Shown: positions 14,495-23,657 of the stretch, in pieces | Numbering within the stretch: position 1 is the first letter of the stretch | How the letters are laid out: every line of letters begins with the position of its first letter | Virus record (IMG/VR): IMGVR_UViG_3300033076_000833 | Span: 1 to 32,871 of that record | DNA: 32,871 nt | Reading direction: 5' to 3' (one strand) | From: a virus | Taxonomy: Duplodnaviria > Caudoviricetes | Notes under the pieces: model-generated | The model's input: the letters and a program-made list of their open reading frames with translations, nothing else | Database searches by the model: none | Told to the model about the DNA's origin: nothing | Position numbers and translations under genes: made by a program

Positions 14495-16332
14495 TATTTC
14501 GGTGTCCGGTAAATTGGTCGCGTTTCGCCGGTTTGTTGTTCTCCATATTGAGGAACTACAACCTGCATCGTTTGTCCATTTGCAAGCGTTTTTGTTTCTA
14601 CTGAAACAGGACGTGCAATGGCATTCAAATAGGATTGAGCACTAAACCGTGCCAGATCCTTGGTCGCCAACAAGGTCGCACGTTCGCCACTATCAAAAAT
14701 GCGAGCAGGCTTAGGAATAGATTCCTCTGCTTGCTTGTAATCGTTGTCGCTCTTACCTCCACGAGCAAGCATTAGTGCCGTTGCAGCAGCCTTGTGCGTT
14801 GCGTCTATTTTCTTGGATAGCTCGCCAGCACCCAATCCATATCCGATACCAGTTTTGTCGTTCAGCTGCACAAGCGTTTCCATTTGGCGGCTAAACTCAT
14901 CAGCAGCGGCCACACGATCTACAGCTTCTTTGGATTTGCTTTCTGGTACGTCGTAATACTTTGGAACCACGGAAACTTGTCCAGACGGAAGCATCCTGCG
15001 TTCTTGAAAATTAACGATTCGCTCAGCAACCTTCGGCGTAAGAACCTCCGGTCGTCCAGTTCCAAAACCGGATTCCATCGCCAGTTTTTCTGCTTCAGCG
15101 CCAAGTTTGATTCCTTGTGCTTTAAGATTTGCAACTTCTGCAATCTTTTTCTCGCGTTCAATACGCTTATCGATCTCGCGCTCTACCGCAGCTTGAGCGG
15201 CAGCCTGAGCGCCAGCAGCAGCGCGCAAACGAGCCGCATCTGCATCGGCGTAGAGCTGGCGCACCTTGAGGTCGTAAAGCTTTTCCTGATTACCAAAGTG
15301 AGCCGCAGCGTTCTGCGCAGCAAGCTTCAGCTTCTCCGTGCGAGCTTCACCAGCAAACCGCAGTGACGCATTCTTCAGCGCCTCGTTTTGCCGAGCGCGC
15401 GTGTAGTCCATCGCTGACTGATCATCGCCAAACTTTTGCCGCGCAAGGCCATAGATGTTCTGCGACTCGGCCAACGCACCGCGCTTAGTAGCCAGGTTCG
15501 CCTTTTGCGCTTCAATGTCTTGGTCGATGTTGCGGTTGAGCTGGTCAAGCGCCGTGTTCTTAAGGCGTCCACCGCTGTAGCCTTCAGCAAATCCTCCAAG
15601 AGCAACTGCAAGCAGTGAAAGCGCCTGACCAAAACCTGAGCCCTTGGCCCAGTAGTTTTGCGGGTCAATCTTGGTAGCTGCGATTTCTGTCTTTAACTCC
15701 TCCATGTCGCGCAGCCGCTTTGCCTGCGCCTGATCGAACTCAGTACGCATGCGCTCCCAGCGCGCTTGCTGCTCAGCGTCTACCTGCTCAGCCTTTGCCG
15801 CTGACTGGTTGTATCGCTCCTGCGCGGCGATGTCGTAACCCATGCCAGCGCGCTCCGTGCCGAGGTCGGCAAGAGCCGCTTCTTTTTGCAAACCAAGCTC
15901 CTCAGCCGCAAGGCCAACCGGAGTGCCTGCATAGCGCGCCTGGGCAGCTTTAAACGCGTCCGCTGGCGTCACTGGCTGAGCTGGTGCATATCGCGCTTGC
16001 GCAGCTTGCATAGCCTGCTGCTGCATTGATGGCGCAGCTTGCTCATCTGGCCTTGCAAGCATGGGCGGAACACCTTCGTCTTGGCTAAGCTGCTTAGCGG
16101 CAGCTTCTTGCATGGCGCGGTATCCACTAACGACCCCAGGAAGCACATCACCAGGCTTTGGAAGTTGCAGCGCGCTCTGCGCCTGCTCTTGCGCAGGCTG
16201 CTGAGCCGCTACGTTTTGCAGCCCCATGAGCGGAGCGGACAATTCTCCGATGCGCTTAAGGCCTCCAATGAGGTCCGTGCGCCCTTCAACTGGAGCCGTT
16301 GAAACTGGCGTCGTCCACCAAGAGTCAGCCAT
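14494..16332 (-). CDS. Internal virion/ejection protein
   Basis: About 612 aa from ATG 16332; Gln/Ala coiled coils and one hydrophobic segment (ALSLLAVALGGFAEG). Confidence 0.7.
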   Translation of the reverse strand: MADSWWTTPVSTAPVEGRTDLIGGLKRIGELSAPLMGLQNVAAQQPAQEQAQSALQLPKPGDVLPGVVSGYRAMQEAAAKQLSQDEGVPPMLARPDEQAAPSMQQQAMQAAQARYAPAQPVTPADAFKAAQARYAGTPVGLAAEELGLQKEAALADLGTERAGMGYDIAAQERYNQSAAKAEQVDAEQQARWERMRTEFDQAQAKRLRDMEELKTEIAATKIDPQNYWAKGSGFGQALSLLAVALGGFAEGYSGGRLKNTALDQLNRNIDQDIEAQKANLATKRGALAESQNIYGLARQKFGDDQSAMDYTRARQNEALKNASLRFAGEARTEKLKLAAQNAAAHFGNQEKLYDLKVRQLYADADAARLRAAAGAQAAAQAAVEREIDKRIEREKKIAEVANLKAQGIKLGAEAEKLAMESGFGTGRPEVLTPKVAERIVNFQERRMLPSGQVSVVPKYYDVPESKSKEAVDRVAAADEFSRQMETLVQLNDKTGIGYGLGAGELSKKIDATHKAAATALMLARGGKSDNDYKQAEESIPKPARIFDSGERATLLATKDLARFSAQSYLNAIARPVSVETKTLANGQTMQVVVPQYGEQQTGETRPIYRTPK

Positions 16333-16333
16333 G

Positions 16334-17959
16334 TCACTTACCCTCAAGCTTGCCAAGACGCTGATGCAAACGGCCAGCTAAACCAAAAAGTGTTCCGACA
16401 GCTTCAGTTGGGTCGATTGCAAGACCGACAGGCGTTTGCTTAACAACATTTCGCGTCACTGGAGACTTTGCCAAATCTTGCGCCATTACTCCAAGACGAC
16501 GCCCAGGAATGCCAACGCTATCTTTGTAATTGAACCCATACGGGACCGTGTTGTCGAGCGCCTGGTCTGCGATGTTTCCACCGAGTGACTTGTTAAAGTC
16601 TTCTTTGTGTTGATTCATCATCGTCGCAAGCTCATCGCCTTTTTCTTGAGCGGAACGATTTGCGCGACGTTCAAAAATATCGCTTTGCTTGTTTAGCGCG
16701 TCACCAATCATCTTCGCGTTGCGATCTGCTATCCGTCGTCGATACGCTTGTTCTGGCGTTTCAGGTAGCAACGTCTGCGTCGGAACCTGATATGTGCCAG
16801 TCGGAAGCAACACGGTACGGCCAGCGATGTCAGCGGCAGTACGTTCAGCAGGCTGCACGGTGGCGACGCCATATTCGTAATCAGAAATAGGCGGATTCGC
16901 CAAGAACGCAGCCGTCTTCGGCATGGCTTGCGCAACATAGGCTTGTGCGCGCGGGTCAATTGGCCTGCTAATGCCAAGCGCAGCTTCGGCCTTAGCGCGA
17001 CGCTCTGGCGTCATTCCTCGAACATCAAGTCCAAGCTCCGATGAAGGGATAACTTCGCCTTGCGACATAACGTTCGCAGGACCACCCTCGCCAAGATCGG
17101 TAATAGCAACGCCCTTAATCGGCATCGCGAGAGGTTGCATGAGCTTGCGCTGTCCGTCATCAACCGCACCGTATTCCTCGTCGAAATTTTCGTCAGTCAA
17201 GTAAGGCATAGGTTCTCCAGCAGCAACAGGCGGCGCAGCAACAGCTTTAGCAGGTCGGTTACCAGTGTAAACGATAGCGGTACGCGGGTTTGTTTTGGAG
17301 CCAAATTCTCCAATCATCTGCACGTCGTCTGGCGAACCGCCAGGCAGCGCATCCATCATGCTGTCAGCGACGGCTCCACCGGGCTCAATAGCAGTCTTTA
17401 GGCGCTCGTCGGATGGCAGCATGCCCAAGGTGCTTTGGAACGCGTTTAGACCGCCTTCAAACGCCTGCTGTTGCCGCGCGCGCTGCTCTTGCGCAAGCTG
17501 GTTTTGCTGCGCTTGCTCCCAAAGCTTTTGTTGAAGCTGCTGCTGCATCTGTGCCGTGTCGAGTCCAGCTTGTTGCATTCCGAACTCAGACCTCTGCTGA
17601 GCCAAGCCAAGCGCAGCTTGGCGAGCGAACGCATCCTGCTGCTGGCGAATGTCTTGCGCTGCTCCATATCCTTGCGACTCAAGCTCGGCGCCGCTTTGCG
17701 CTGCACCTCGAGCTGCAAACGGGTTGAAGCCACGGCGGCCAGCTTGCGCAGCTCCGAATTGCTGCTGCTGCGCGATGCCTTGCCAGAGCTGGCCCTCGGG
17801 GCCTTGCATGTACTTGGCGCCTTGAGCTGGCGGCTTAATGGTGCCTAGCGCCTTTTCGTAATACTGGCCGTAGGCTTCGTCCTGAGCAGCCTGCTTTGCT
17901 AGCTCCGAGTTTGGATCGACCTGGCCAGACGGGTCAAAGATGTCTTTACGCAGAGGCAT
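16334..17959 (-). CDS. Ejection/pilot-like protein with peptidase S74 (intramolecular chaperone) motifs
   Basis: Gln-rich N-term; SDERLKTAI at aa 183; PYGFNYKD...LGVMAQDL and terminal coiled coil from aa ~473. Confidence 0.7.
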   Translation of the reverse strand: MPLRKDIFDPSGQVDPNSELAKQAAQDEAYGQYYEKALGTIKPPAQGAKYMQGPEGQLWQGIAQQQQFGAAQAGRRGFNPFAARGAAQSGAELESQGYGAAQDIRQQQDAFARQAALGLAQQRSEFGMQQAGLDTAQMQQQLQQKLWEQAQQNQLAQEQRARQQQAFEGGLNAFQSTLGMLPSDERLKTAIEPGGAVADSMMDALPGGSPDDVQMIGEFGSKTNPRTAIVYTGNRPAKAVAAPPVAAGEPMPYLTDENFDEEYGAVDDGQRKLMQPLAMPIKGVAITDLGEGGPANVMSQGEVIPSSELGLDVRGMTPERRAKAEAALGISRPIDPRAQAYVAQAMPKTAAFLANPPISDYEYGVATVQPAERTAADIAGRTVLLPTGTYQVPTQTLLPETPEQAYRRRIADRNAKMIGDALNKQSDIFERRANRSAQEKGDELATMMNQHKEDFNKSLGGNIADQALDNTVPYGFNYKDSVGIPGRRLGVMAQDLAKSPVTRNVVKQTPVGLAIDPTEAVGTLFGLAGRLHQRLGKLEGK

Positions 17960-18513
17960 CAGAGCAATCCTCCAAGCAGGCTCAAGAAACCTGTACCAGC
18001 ACTGAGCGCACCCTGGCGAAGTGCCTGCGCACGAGCGTCCTTCTCGGCCTGCAAAGCTCGCTGCATCTCATATTCCTGCTGCAATGCTTGCTGCTGAATG
18101 CCTCGGCGCCGCATTTCCTCACTTTGAAGCTGCTGGCCATAGCCAATCTGACGCATGTACGCGCCAAGCTCGGCTTGTTTGGCTTGCTCAAGACCACGCT
18201 CGCCTGCTTGCGCTGCCTGCATTGACGTGCCAAACGCTTGCTGTCCGCCACCAAACTGCGCAGCTCGTTGCGCAAGAGGATTTGCGGCTGCGCTACCAAC
18301 GGCCTGCTGCTGCATGCCTTGGCCAAGCGCCAAGCGTTGCTGTGCCTTCATCTCTGGAGACATTGCCGCAGCAGTCATTGCCTGCGCCGCAGGAATCTCT
18401 TGCGCAAACCGCTGCTGCATTCGCTGGCGGTAGTCCTCCTCATACGACGGCGTATAGGAGCTACCAAGCGCCTGCTGCGAGCGCCCCAAAAGCTGCTGGT
18501 AGGTTGCTGGCAT
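17959..18513 (-). CDS. Gln/Ala-rich small ejection/pilot-like protein
   Basis: 184 aa; hydrophobic C-terminus AGTGFLSLLGGLL; first gene after nozzle. Confidence 0.65.
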   Translation of the reverse strand: MPATYQQLLGRSQQALGSSYTPSYEEDYRQRMQQRFAQEIPAAQAMTAAAMSPEMKAQQRLALGQGMQQQAVGSAAANPLAQRAAQFGGGQQAFGTSMQAAQAGERGLEQAKQAELGAYMRQIGYGQQLQSEEMRRRGIQQQALQQEYEMQRALQAEKDARAQALRQGALSAGTGFLSLLGGLL

Positions 18514-18517
18514 TGTC

Positions 18518-21500
18518 TTAGTTCCTCTGCTGCGTTCCCGGCTTGTAGAGCCCGCGCTTGCCCGACAATTCTACGCTGAAACCAGCGCAGTCGTAACCCT
18601 GTCCTCGTACCGTGCTCGCGCTTTTCGTATCCTCAATTCGGATCTTAAAGCTCGTGCATTTCTGCTGCTTAACCCGCATTACTTCAAGCTCCTGAAGCTT
18701 CTGCGAGGTCAGGTTAGCCTCAGTCCAGGTGTACACCTGCGTCGGCGTATTGCCGTCGAACTCTTGGAACAGCGAAATGGTGAGGTTATGCGCGTCGTTT
18801 GACTTGCAGAGCGCAGCTACCTGGCGAATGCGCTGCCAGCCGCTTACCTGCGCTGCCTGTAACCATCCGGTTTCAATCTTGAGCGGTACGTAGATGTTTC
18901 CGCTGTCATAGTACGCGCCAAGGTTTTCGTACCAAACCTGACCCTCAATGCCGAGGACGTAATACACGTCCTTGTGCACGCAGGCGCCAATCGGATCGAT
19001 GTTCACGGTAGCAGGGAACACGCCGTACTTTTTGATGTCCCACCGCGACCACGCGCTTTGGTCAAAGTCGTAAACCATGACCAAGCCATAGCCGTATGAC
19101 GCGTTACGCAGCGTGAACCGCACATGGTTATCGCGCGGGACAAGCACTGCGCTAGTCACCTCGGTAAACTCGTCGGTCACGTCGCGAATAGCACTACCGA
19201 TGAAATTGAGCTGAAGATCGCGTCCAAGAACGAACAGACCAGCGAGCGTTTGAAAGAAGATGCCCATGGGGGTCGCAACAACGCTGCGCGCGTCGATGCA
19301 TCCCGTGTCACTCGCTACCAGCTCAAGGCCGCTGAAGTCGTTACCGCGACCACCATCATCTGGACCGTTGCCAGCGATGGCGTAAATCTTTGACCGTGTA
19401 AAGACGATGAGCTTGTCATCGAGCTCGCCCAAGGCCGTGACACTTTCGCCACCTGGAATTAGGTAAGCAAATGCGTCGTTGAACTCAGGCGCAATCGCGT
19501 ACTCGTTGGCCGTCGTCGGGTTGTAGAGCTTGCTGTACTGAATCCGGTCGCGTCGAAAGAATCCGCCAAGCCATACGCGTTTAGTTCCGACCATGACCAG
19601 CGATGCGCCGTCTGGCCCTGCCGATTCGACCTCGGCGCCACTCTGCGTATAGAGCGCGTCGTACTGCTCTCCCATGTCGCGAATGACAGGAAAGTACGAC
19701 GACGATTGGTCATCAAACGAGTTAACAAACGGCTGCGTACATCGCTGAAACACGCCGTCCTGGTCAGCTCGGAACAGCACGACAGCGAACCGCTTGCCAG
19801 CCTGGTACCGTTGCGAAGGACCGACCGTATAGAACGTCACGTCAACGTGATGCCCACCGGCACCACCACCGATTGTGTATGTAACAGTAGGTCCTGGAAG
19901 CGAACGAGTTAGGTTTCCTTTTTCGTCGTAGCTTTCAAGGACACCAAGATATGTATAGGTGCCTGCCGTTAATGCCGATGCGCCGTCTGGAGCGTCCGTA
20001 ATCGTGGCAATGACGGGTCCGCTAGAAAAGCCAAGCTCTTGCGTAGCCTGTCCCGTGTACCAGCTAACGTTTCCTCCACCAAACGTTGCGCTGCCTCGCG
20101 TCGTGGCAACTTGCGTAGTTTTGCCGCTAAAGTCCAGCTCAACAAAGTCTCCAGACAGCGTTGGAAACTTGTACGGAACCTGGTTAACAATGCGCTGCGT
20201 AGCATAGCGGAATGAGCTGCTGTTCGTTAGCCCAGGTTGCACGGTCTGCATTGAACCGCGCGTAACCGTCCATTCCTGTCCAGGCGTCTGGTTGGACCAA
20301 GACGGAACAACGCCAAAGTCATATCGTCCAACCAAGCGATGGCCAGTAATTGGCGGCGTAGCGAGGTCTGAAATCACATCGAAAACGACCTCAGACGCAT
20401 ACCCGTTGTCGTAGTTGACAACGCCTACGGTGTTGCCTTGTCCGTAGCGAACGCGTGCGCCGATATAACACCGAGAGCCTGCAAACCAAGGCTTGGTCAA
20501 ACCAAACGTGTTGCGCGTGACAACGACAGCTCTAATGGTTCCACCAGCCGTATCGTGGCACGAAACGTTCAGGTCATAGACGGCAGGCGGACCAAGAGCT
20601 GCGCAATTAGAGGCGACAACAACAAACGTGCTTCCGTTTTGCTGCCCCTCTACGACAGAACATCCACGGACGAGCCCTACGGATGCGTTATGCGCGAGCT
20701 TTGACCACGCAAGCACACCAGCAGGCGTGTACGCGTACAAGTACGTCGAGCCAGCCGTATCAGCACCAACGACGTAGATATAACCGCCAATTGGCCCATC
20801 AGCGATTGCGCACCATTCCCATTCGGTGCCTGCTGGCGAATTGATAAGCCAGCTCGTAATGGTCGCCGCATCGTTCATGCGAGCGACGTAGATTGTGCGC
20901 GAGCCAACTGGGTTTAGCTTAACGTAGCAATAAGCCCATTCGCCATTCGCACGCGTCGTTGCGTCGTAGTGGCGGTCATTGCCAGCGTCGCCAGCAGCGT
21001 AGGTGTACAGGTCAAGATGACTGATAGACAACGCAGGCGTCGTCGTTGGAGCAGACGATACCCATCGGTACCAACGCAGCGAGGTTGATGCGTATCGAGC
21101 GCAGCCGATAAAGACCGAATTGGCGCCACCAGCAGCGTTTGCAGGACATGCGCGCACGGCTCCAATTTCGACGTTTGGGCCAGCGTCGCTGATAATGGTC
21201 GTTGTCTTGACAAGCTCGTTGGATGCGCCTTCAATCTCGACTTTGTATACCAAGCTTGTTGCCGTTCCGGTTCCTGGAATCGCTCCAGCGAAACGCATCG
21301 TCGATGCGGCATGAATGGTGTAGCCGTGCGTATGGCACGAGTCGGACGAAGGGATGCTAAGCGCATCCGAAAACACCGTGCGCTGCAAGCCGGTGAATGG
21401 CGATAGGTCGCCACGTTCGACCCATGTTCCGCTGCCTACAATGGCGTTCGTTTCGTTGTACGCCCAGAGCTTGCGATACCCACGGATAAGCAGCTCGTCG

Positions 21501-21706
21501 CCGGTCGAAAGCAGGCCACGGGCCGTTCCGTCGCTGGTAAAGCCGCTCGTCGTCATAGCAGTAAAGCCGTGACGCTTTGTTAGGCCGTTGTTGCGCCGGT
21601 AATAAGCGTTCGTAGCTTGCGCCAAGCTCTCAGGCTCGCGCAGGCGTTCGTCAAGCTTCTGGTCGATACCTTTAGAAAGCGGAATGAAGGCTTGTGCGCG
21701 CGGCAT
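18518..21706 (-). CDS. Tail nozzle / DNA-stabilisation protein (T7 gp12/P22 gp10-like)
   Basis: 1062 aa beta-rich; C-term VTALGELDDKLIVFT...DTGCIDARSVV...GIFFQ...IETGWL propeller-type signature. Confidence 0.75.
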   Translation of the reverse strand: MPRAQAFIPLSKGIDQKLDERLREPESLAQATNAYYRRNNGLTKRHGFTAMTTSGFTSDGTARGLLSTGDELLIRGYRKLWAYNETNAIVGSGTWVERGDLSPFTGLQRTVFSDALSIPSSDSCHTHGYTIHAASTMRFAGAIPGTGTATSLVYKVEIEGASNELVKTTTIISDAGPNVEIGAVRACPANAAGGANSVFIGCARYASTSLRWYRWVSSAPTTTPALSISHLDLYTYAAGDAGNDRHYDATTRANGEWAYCYVKLNPVGSRTIYVARMNDAATITSWLINSPAGTEWEWCAIADGPIGGYIYVVGADTAGSTYLYAYTPAGVLAWSKLAHNASVGLVRGCSVVEGQQNGSTFVVVASNCAALGPPAVYDLNVSCHDTAGGTIRAVVVTRNTFGLTKPWFAGSRCYIGARVRYGQGNTVGVVNYDNGYASEVVFDVISDLATPPITGHRLVGRYDFGVVPSWSNQTPGQEWTVTRGSMQTVQPGLTNSSSFRYATQRIVNQVPYKFPTLSGDFVELDFSGKTTQVATTRGSATFGGGNVSWYTGQATQELGFSSGPVIATITDAPDGASALTAGTYTYLGVLESYDEKGNLTRSLPGPTVTYTIGGGAGGHHVDVTFYTVGPSQRYQAGKRFAVVLFRADQDGVFQRCTQPFVNSFDDQSSSYFPVIRDMGEQYDALYTQSGAEVESAGPDGASLVMVGTKRVWLGGFFRRDRIQYSKLYNPTTANEYAIAPEFNDAFAYLIPGGESVTALGELDDKLIVFTRSKIYAIAGNGPDDGGRGNDFSGLELVASDTGCIDARSVVATPMGIFFQTLAGLFVLGRDLQLNFIGSAIRDVTDEFTEVTSAVLVPRDNHVRFTLRNASYGYGLVMVYDFDQSAWSRWDIKKYGVFPATVNIDPIGACVHKDVYYVLGIEGQVWYENLGAYYDSGNIYVPLKIETGWLQAAQVSGWQRIRQVAALCKSNDAHNLTISLFQEFDGNTPTQVYTWTEANLTSQKLQELEVMRVKQQKCTSFKIRIEDTKSASTVRGQGYDCAGFSVELSGKRGLYKPGTQQRN

Positions 21707-22041
21707 TAAAACACCCAGGCGTCGATGGTAACCGCTCCAGCGCCAGCATTCACCCAGCTAATTTGAGTGCTCGTCAGCGCCGATTGCGTAAACAAGTAGA
21801 CCTGATGGCCTCCGATCATCTTTGTGATGATGTAGCCGCTCGGGACATGCCCAAGATTATGCGACACGGTGACGCTGCCAGCGGCAGGAACGACGACATC
21901 GCGCAGCAATACGCCTTTCGCGAACGGCAATGTGTTCGCGTCGCGACGTTGCGCATCGACAGCTAGCGCAAGCTGAGACTTTGCAAAGCTGTCAGACTCG
22001 GGCCGGATGCCCTGCTTTGGCATGACGCGAGCGCGCGCCAT
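21706..22041 (-). CDS. Small tail-associated structural protein
   Basis: 111 aa with TVSHNLGHVP motif common in tail accessory proteins. Confidence 0.6.
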   Translation of the reverse strand: MARARVMPKQGIRPESDSFAKSQLALAVDAQRRDANTLPFAKGVLLRDVVVPAAGSVTVSHNLGHVPSGYIITKMIGGHQVYLFTQSALTSTQISWVNAGAGAVTIDAWVF

Positions 22042-22044
22042 ACG

Positions 22045-22770
22045 TCACCAGTTCCAGTCGTTGCGAAGCCTGCGAGCGCCGTACATGCCCCAATCCATAA
22101 TGCTGTCTGAGACAGTTTCGGGCATGCCAGCATCGCGGTTTCCTGCGAGCTGGTCAATCTGCTGGTCGAGCGTCGAGCGTTGCGCCTGAAGCGCCGCAGC
22201 TTGCTCAAGCGATTCTTCTTTGTTGAGCATGTCGATGGCTGCGCCATAACACGCCCAATCCTCCCATCCGTTGATGCCGTCAAACGTGTCGGCATCGTTC
22301 ACAAGCTCGATGAACGCTGGCAGGTAATGGATGGTGAACGAATGGTTTGCAGCCTTGCATGCAGGACGGATTTCAATGTCCTGGCTCATCAGGCGATAGC
22401 GGTAAAACGTTAGGTCAGAGCTTGCGAGGTTCTCAAGATATTTTAGCTCTGGCCACTGCTTTAGGTTGAATTTCGGAACCCAAATCACGCGCGTGCCATC
22501 CGTTACCGAAACAGCAAGAAGCTGCATGAACGGAGGCGAAAAGAATGAGGTCGTAATTGTTGAGCCAAGAATCGCAACGACCGTCGAAACGGCGTAGTAA
22601 TCGTCACCACGAGCAGCGATGAGCTTGTTGTATAGCTGCTTGATATGGCGATTGATTAGCCGGTTTAGCTCGGCGTCCGTAACGAACGCCTGAGCCTGGC
22701 TGGAGGTCTGCATGTCCGCCATTTCGCGGGCACGCGTTCGCATTTCTGCGAGGGTCACGTTGGCGGCCAT
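22045..22770 (-). CDS. Head-tail adaptor protein
   Basis: TLAEMRTRAREMADM...FVTDAELNRLIN N-terminal helices; position between capsid genes and nozzle. Confidence 0.7.
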   Translation of the reverse strand: MAANVTLAEMRTRAREMADMQTSSQAQAFVTDAELNRLINRHIKQLYNKLIAARGDDYYAVSTVVAILGSTITTSFFSPPFMQLLAVSVTDGTRVIWVPKFNLKQWPELKYLENLASSDLTFYRYRLMSQDIEIRPACKAANHSFTIHYLPAFIELVNDADTFDGINGWEDWACYGAAIDMLNKEESLEQAAALQAQRSTLDQQIDQLAGNRDAGMPETVSDSIMDWGMYGARRLRNDWNW

Positions 22771-22785
22771 GCAGACCTCACTCTA

Positions 22786-23157
22786 TCAGGTGTCGTAGCC
22801 GTAGAACGAAACGATTACGACTTTGCCCGCCTGGTCCGACGGAGCCGCCGCACCCTGGGCGAAAGTCGAAATTTCGATCTTGTTATCAACCGTGCCGCCA
22901 GCAGTGATGGCATCGACGCTGGCAAATTTGCCGGTGGCGTCAACCATCTGAGCGATGGCATCGATCTTTGAATAGCGACGCTTCAGCGTCACAACGATGG
23001 AACCGCCAGCATCTCGGACAGCCGAGAGGACGATGCCACCAGGGTCAACCACTGCCGTGGGGTTTGCGCCAGCCGCGCCGGTAAACCGGAACGACCCCAC
23101 CGTAGCGCCACGAGCGTGCGCATACGGATGGTAAAGGCCCTTTGCCGTCGTACTCAT
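22786..23157 (-). CDS. Hypothetical structural protein
   Basis: 123 aa, beta-rich, coupled in head-tail region. Confidence 0.6.
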   Translation of the reverse strand: MSTTAKGLYHPYAHARGATVGSFRFTGAAGANPTAVVDPGGIVLSAVRDAGGSIVVTLKRRYSKIDAIAQMVDATGKFASVDAITAGGTVDNKIEISTFAQGAAAPSDQAGKVVIVSFYGYDT

Positions 23158-23630
23158 CAGAGCACCTGATAGTTGACAATAAAGGTCGCGCCGGTCAGCA
23201 CAACACCAGCTCCAGTGGCCGCGATTTCAATGTAACCCGTGCTTGCAGCCGGGATAGTCTGACGACCACTGAACAGCGTAATCGCGGTTCGCGCAACCCA
23301 GTCACCAGTACCGCCGCTGCCAGCGGTTTGCGTTTTGACGCTTCCAATAGCCGCGCTAAGCGCACCGCCAGCCTGGTTACCAGTCTTAAAGTTGATCGTC
23401 TTGTATGCGGCATCGTTCGCAGTAAGCGCAGCACCCGGAAGAATGATGATGCTCGTAACAAGCACGTCATACCCAAGAGCTTCGATCGGGAGCGCGTAGC
23501 TGGCACCAGCCGAGTCGAGCGCGACCGGGATAATAACCTGGCGATAGCGCAGGGCATAATCCACATCGTCGGGATTACCAAGCGCGTGAGCCGGGGCCTT
23601 GATAAGGTCAGTCGAGGTCTTAATAGCCAT
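23157..23630 (-). CDS. Putative capsid decoration/cement protein
   Basis: 157 aa Ala/Gly/Thr-rich, AGGAG RBS, immediately after major capsid gene. Confidence 0.55.
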   Translation of the reverse strand: MAIKTSTDLIKAPAHALGNPDDVDYALRYRQVIIPVALDSAGASYALPIEALGYDVLVTSIIILPGAALTANDAAYKTINFKTGNQAGGALSAAIGSVKTQTAGSGGTGDWVARTAITLFSGRQTIPAASTGYIEIAATGAGVVLTGATFIVNYQVL

Positions 23631-23657
23631 TTTCGTATTCTCCTAGTTGGCCGCTTA

